A stretch of 64,000 nt of DNA from assembly GCA_036785375.1 (NCBI GenBank), contig JAWMAR010000175.1, forward strand, positions 2,976,001-3,040,000, in the 5' to 3' direction. The DNA is from Leucoraja ocellata (lineage: Eukaryota). The notes under the pieces are model-generated. The model saw only the letters and a list, made by a program, of their open reading frames with translations. It was not told where the DNA came from and searched no databases. This document shows positions 63,240 through 64,000 of this stretch, piece after piece. Within the stretch, counting starts at the first letter, position 1; every line of letters begins with the position of its first letter. A program made the position numbers and the translations under genes.

Positions 63240-64000
63240 AAGGTAGACACAAAATGTTGCAGTAACTCAGCCGGGACAGGCAGCATCTCTGGAGAGAAGG
63301 AATGGGTGACGTTTTAAATCGAGACCCTTCTTCAGACTAGTTAGGGATAAGGGAAACGAGAGATATAGACGACGAATCGCCCCGACGCGGGGGCTTCCAT
63401 CGTTGGCTGCGGGATCTTTGATCACCCCGACTGCAGATGGTTCGACTGACCCGACCGCGGGAGAATAAAGAGAGAGAAGTTGGACTTTTATTGCCGTCCA
63501 TCACAGTGAGGAACGTGGGGAATCCACTGTGGTGGATGTTTATGTTAACTTGTATGTAGTTGTATGTCTTGTTGCTGTTTTTTAAGTATGGCTGCATGGT
63601 AAATTGAATCTCACTGTACCTTAATTACACGTGACAATGAACTGACTTTAAAACCTTGATTCCTGGATGTGGAGAGATAAAGAACAATGAATGAAAGATA
63701 TGCAAAAAAGTAATGATGATAAAGGAAACAGGCCATTGGTAGCTGTTTGTTGGGTGATAACAAGAAGCTGGTGCGACTTGGGTGGGGGAGGGATAGAGAG
63801 AGAGGGAATGCCGGGGCTACCTGAAGTCAGGGAAATCAATATTCATACCACTGGGCTGTAAGCTGCCCAAGTGAAATATAAGATGCTGTACCTCCAATTA
63901 GCGTTTAGCCTCACTCTGACAATGGAGGAGACAGAGGACAGAAAGGTCTGTGTAGGAATGGGAAGGAGAATTAAAGTGTCTGGCAACCGGGAGATCAGGT
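63240..64000 (-). mobile_element. Penelope-like element 3' part (family A), interrupted by GC-rich retroposon at 63375-63661
   Basis: Near-identical to 9846-10330 and 29510-29980. Confidence 0.88.

Noticed and set aside
314-63839. Most six-frame ORFs as host genes
   Set aside because: They are short, overlap repeats, and recur as the same peptides ([25 protein letters not shown]), so they are transposon fragments or shadows

Overview
Repeat-saturated intronic or intergenic DNA of a cartilaginous fish, most likely a skate or ray. This rests on recognising HE1-type V-SINEs and HER1/CR1-type LINEs from memory; no database search was run. No intact host gene is supportable, and nearly all listed ORFs are fragments or antisense shadows of transposons. 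Contents: many CR1/HER1 LINE 3' fragments, HE1 SINEs, Rex1/Babar-type and L1-type LINE fragments, Penelope-like elements (RT YIDD plus GIY-YIG) with roughly 20 short pLTR-derived inserts, a PIF/Harbinger-type MITE group (core TIR CCTGTCCCAC), two hAT-type elements with 8-bp TSDs, two non-autonomous Helitrons, and a 3.4-kb element with ~650-bp TIRs. Three N gaps lie at 3051-3250, 33427-33793 and 57664-57810. Most notable: (1) two families of tiny Penelope-derived inserts carrying a minimal hammerhead-ribozyme core, often integrated as TSD-flanked hairpins with an optional 35-nt tail; (2) an orphan 190-bp retroviral RT core (PQG...YVDD) trapped inside one of these inserts; (3) the long-TIR element carrying non-transposase cargo with splice-like signals; (4) a local templated duplication that lost a palindrome arm. 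Coordinates are read by eye; boundaries of degenerate repeats are approximate.
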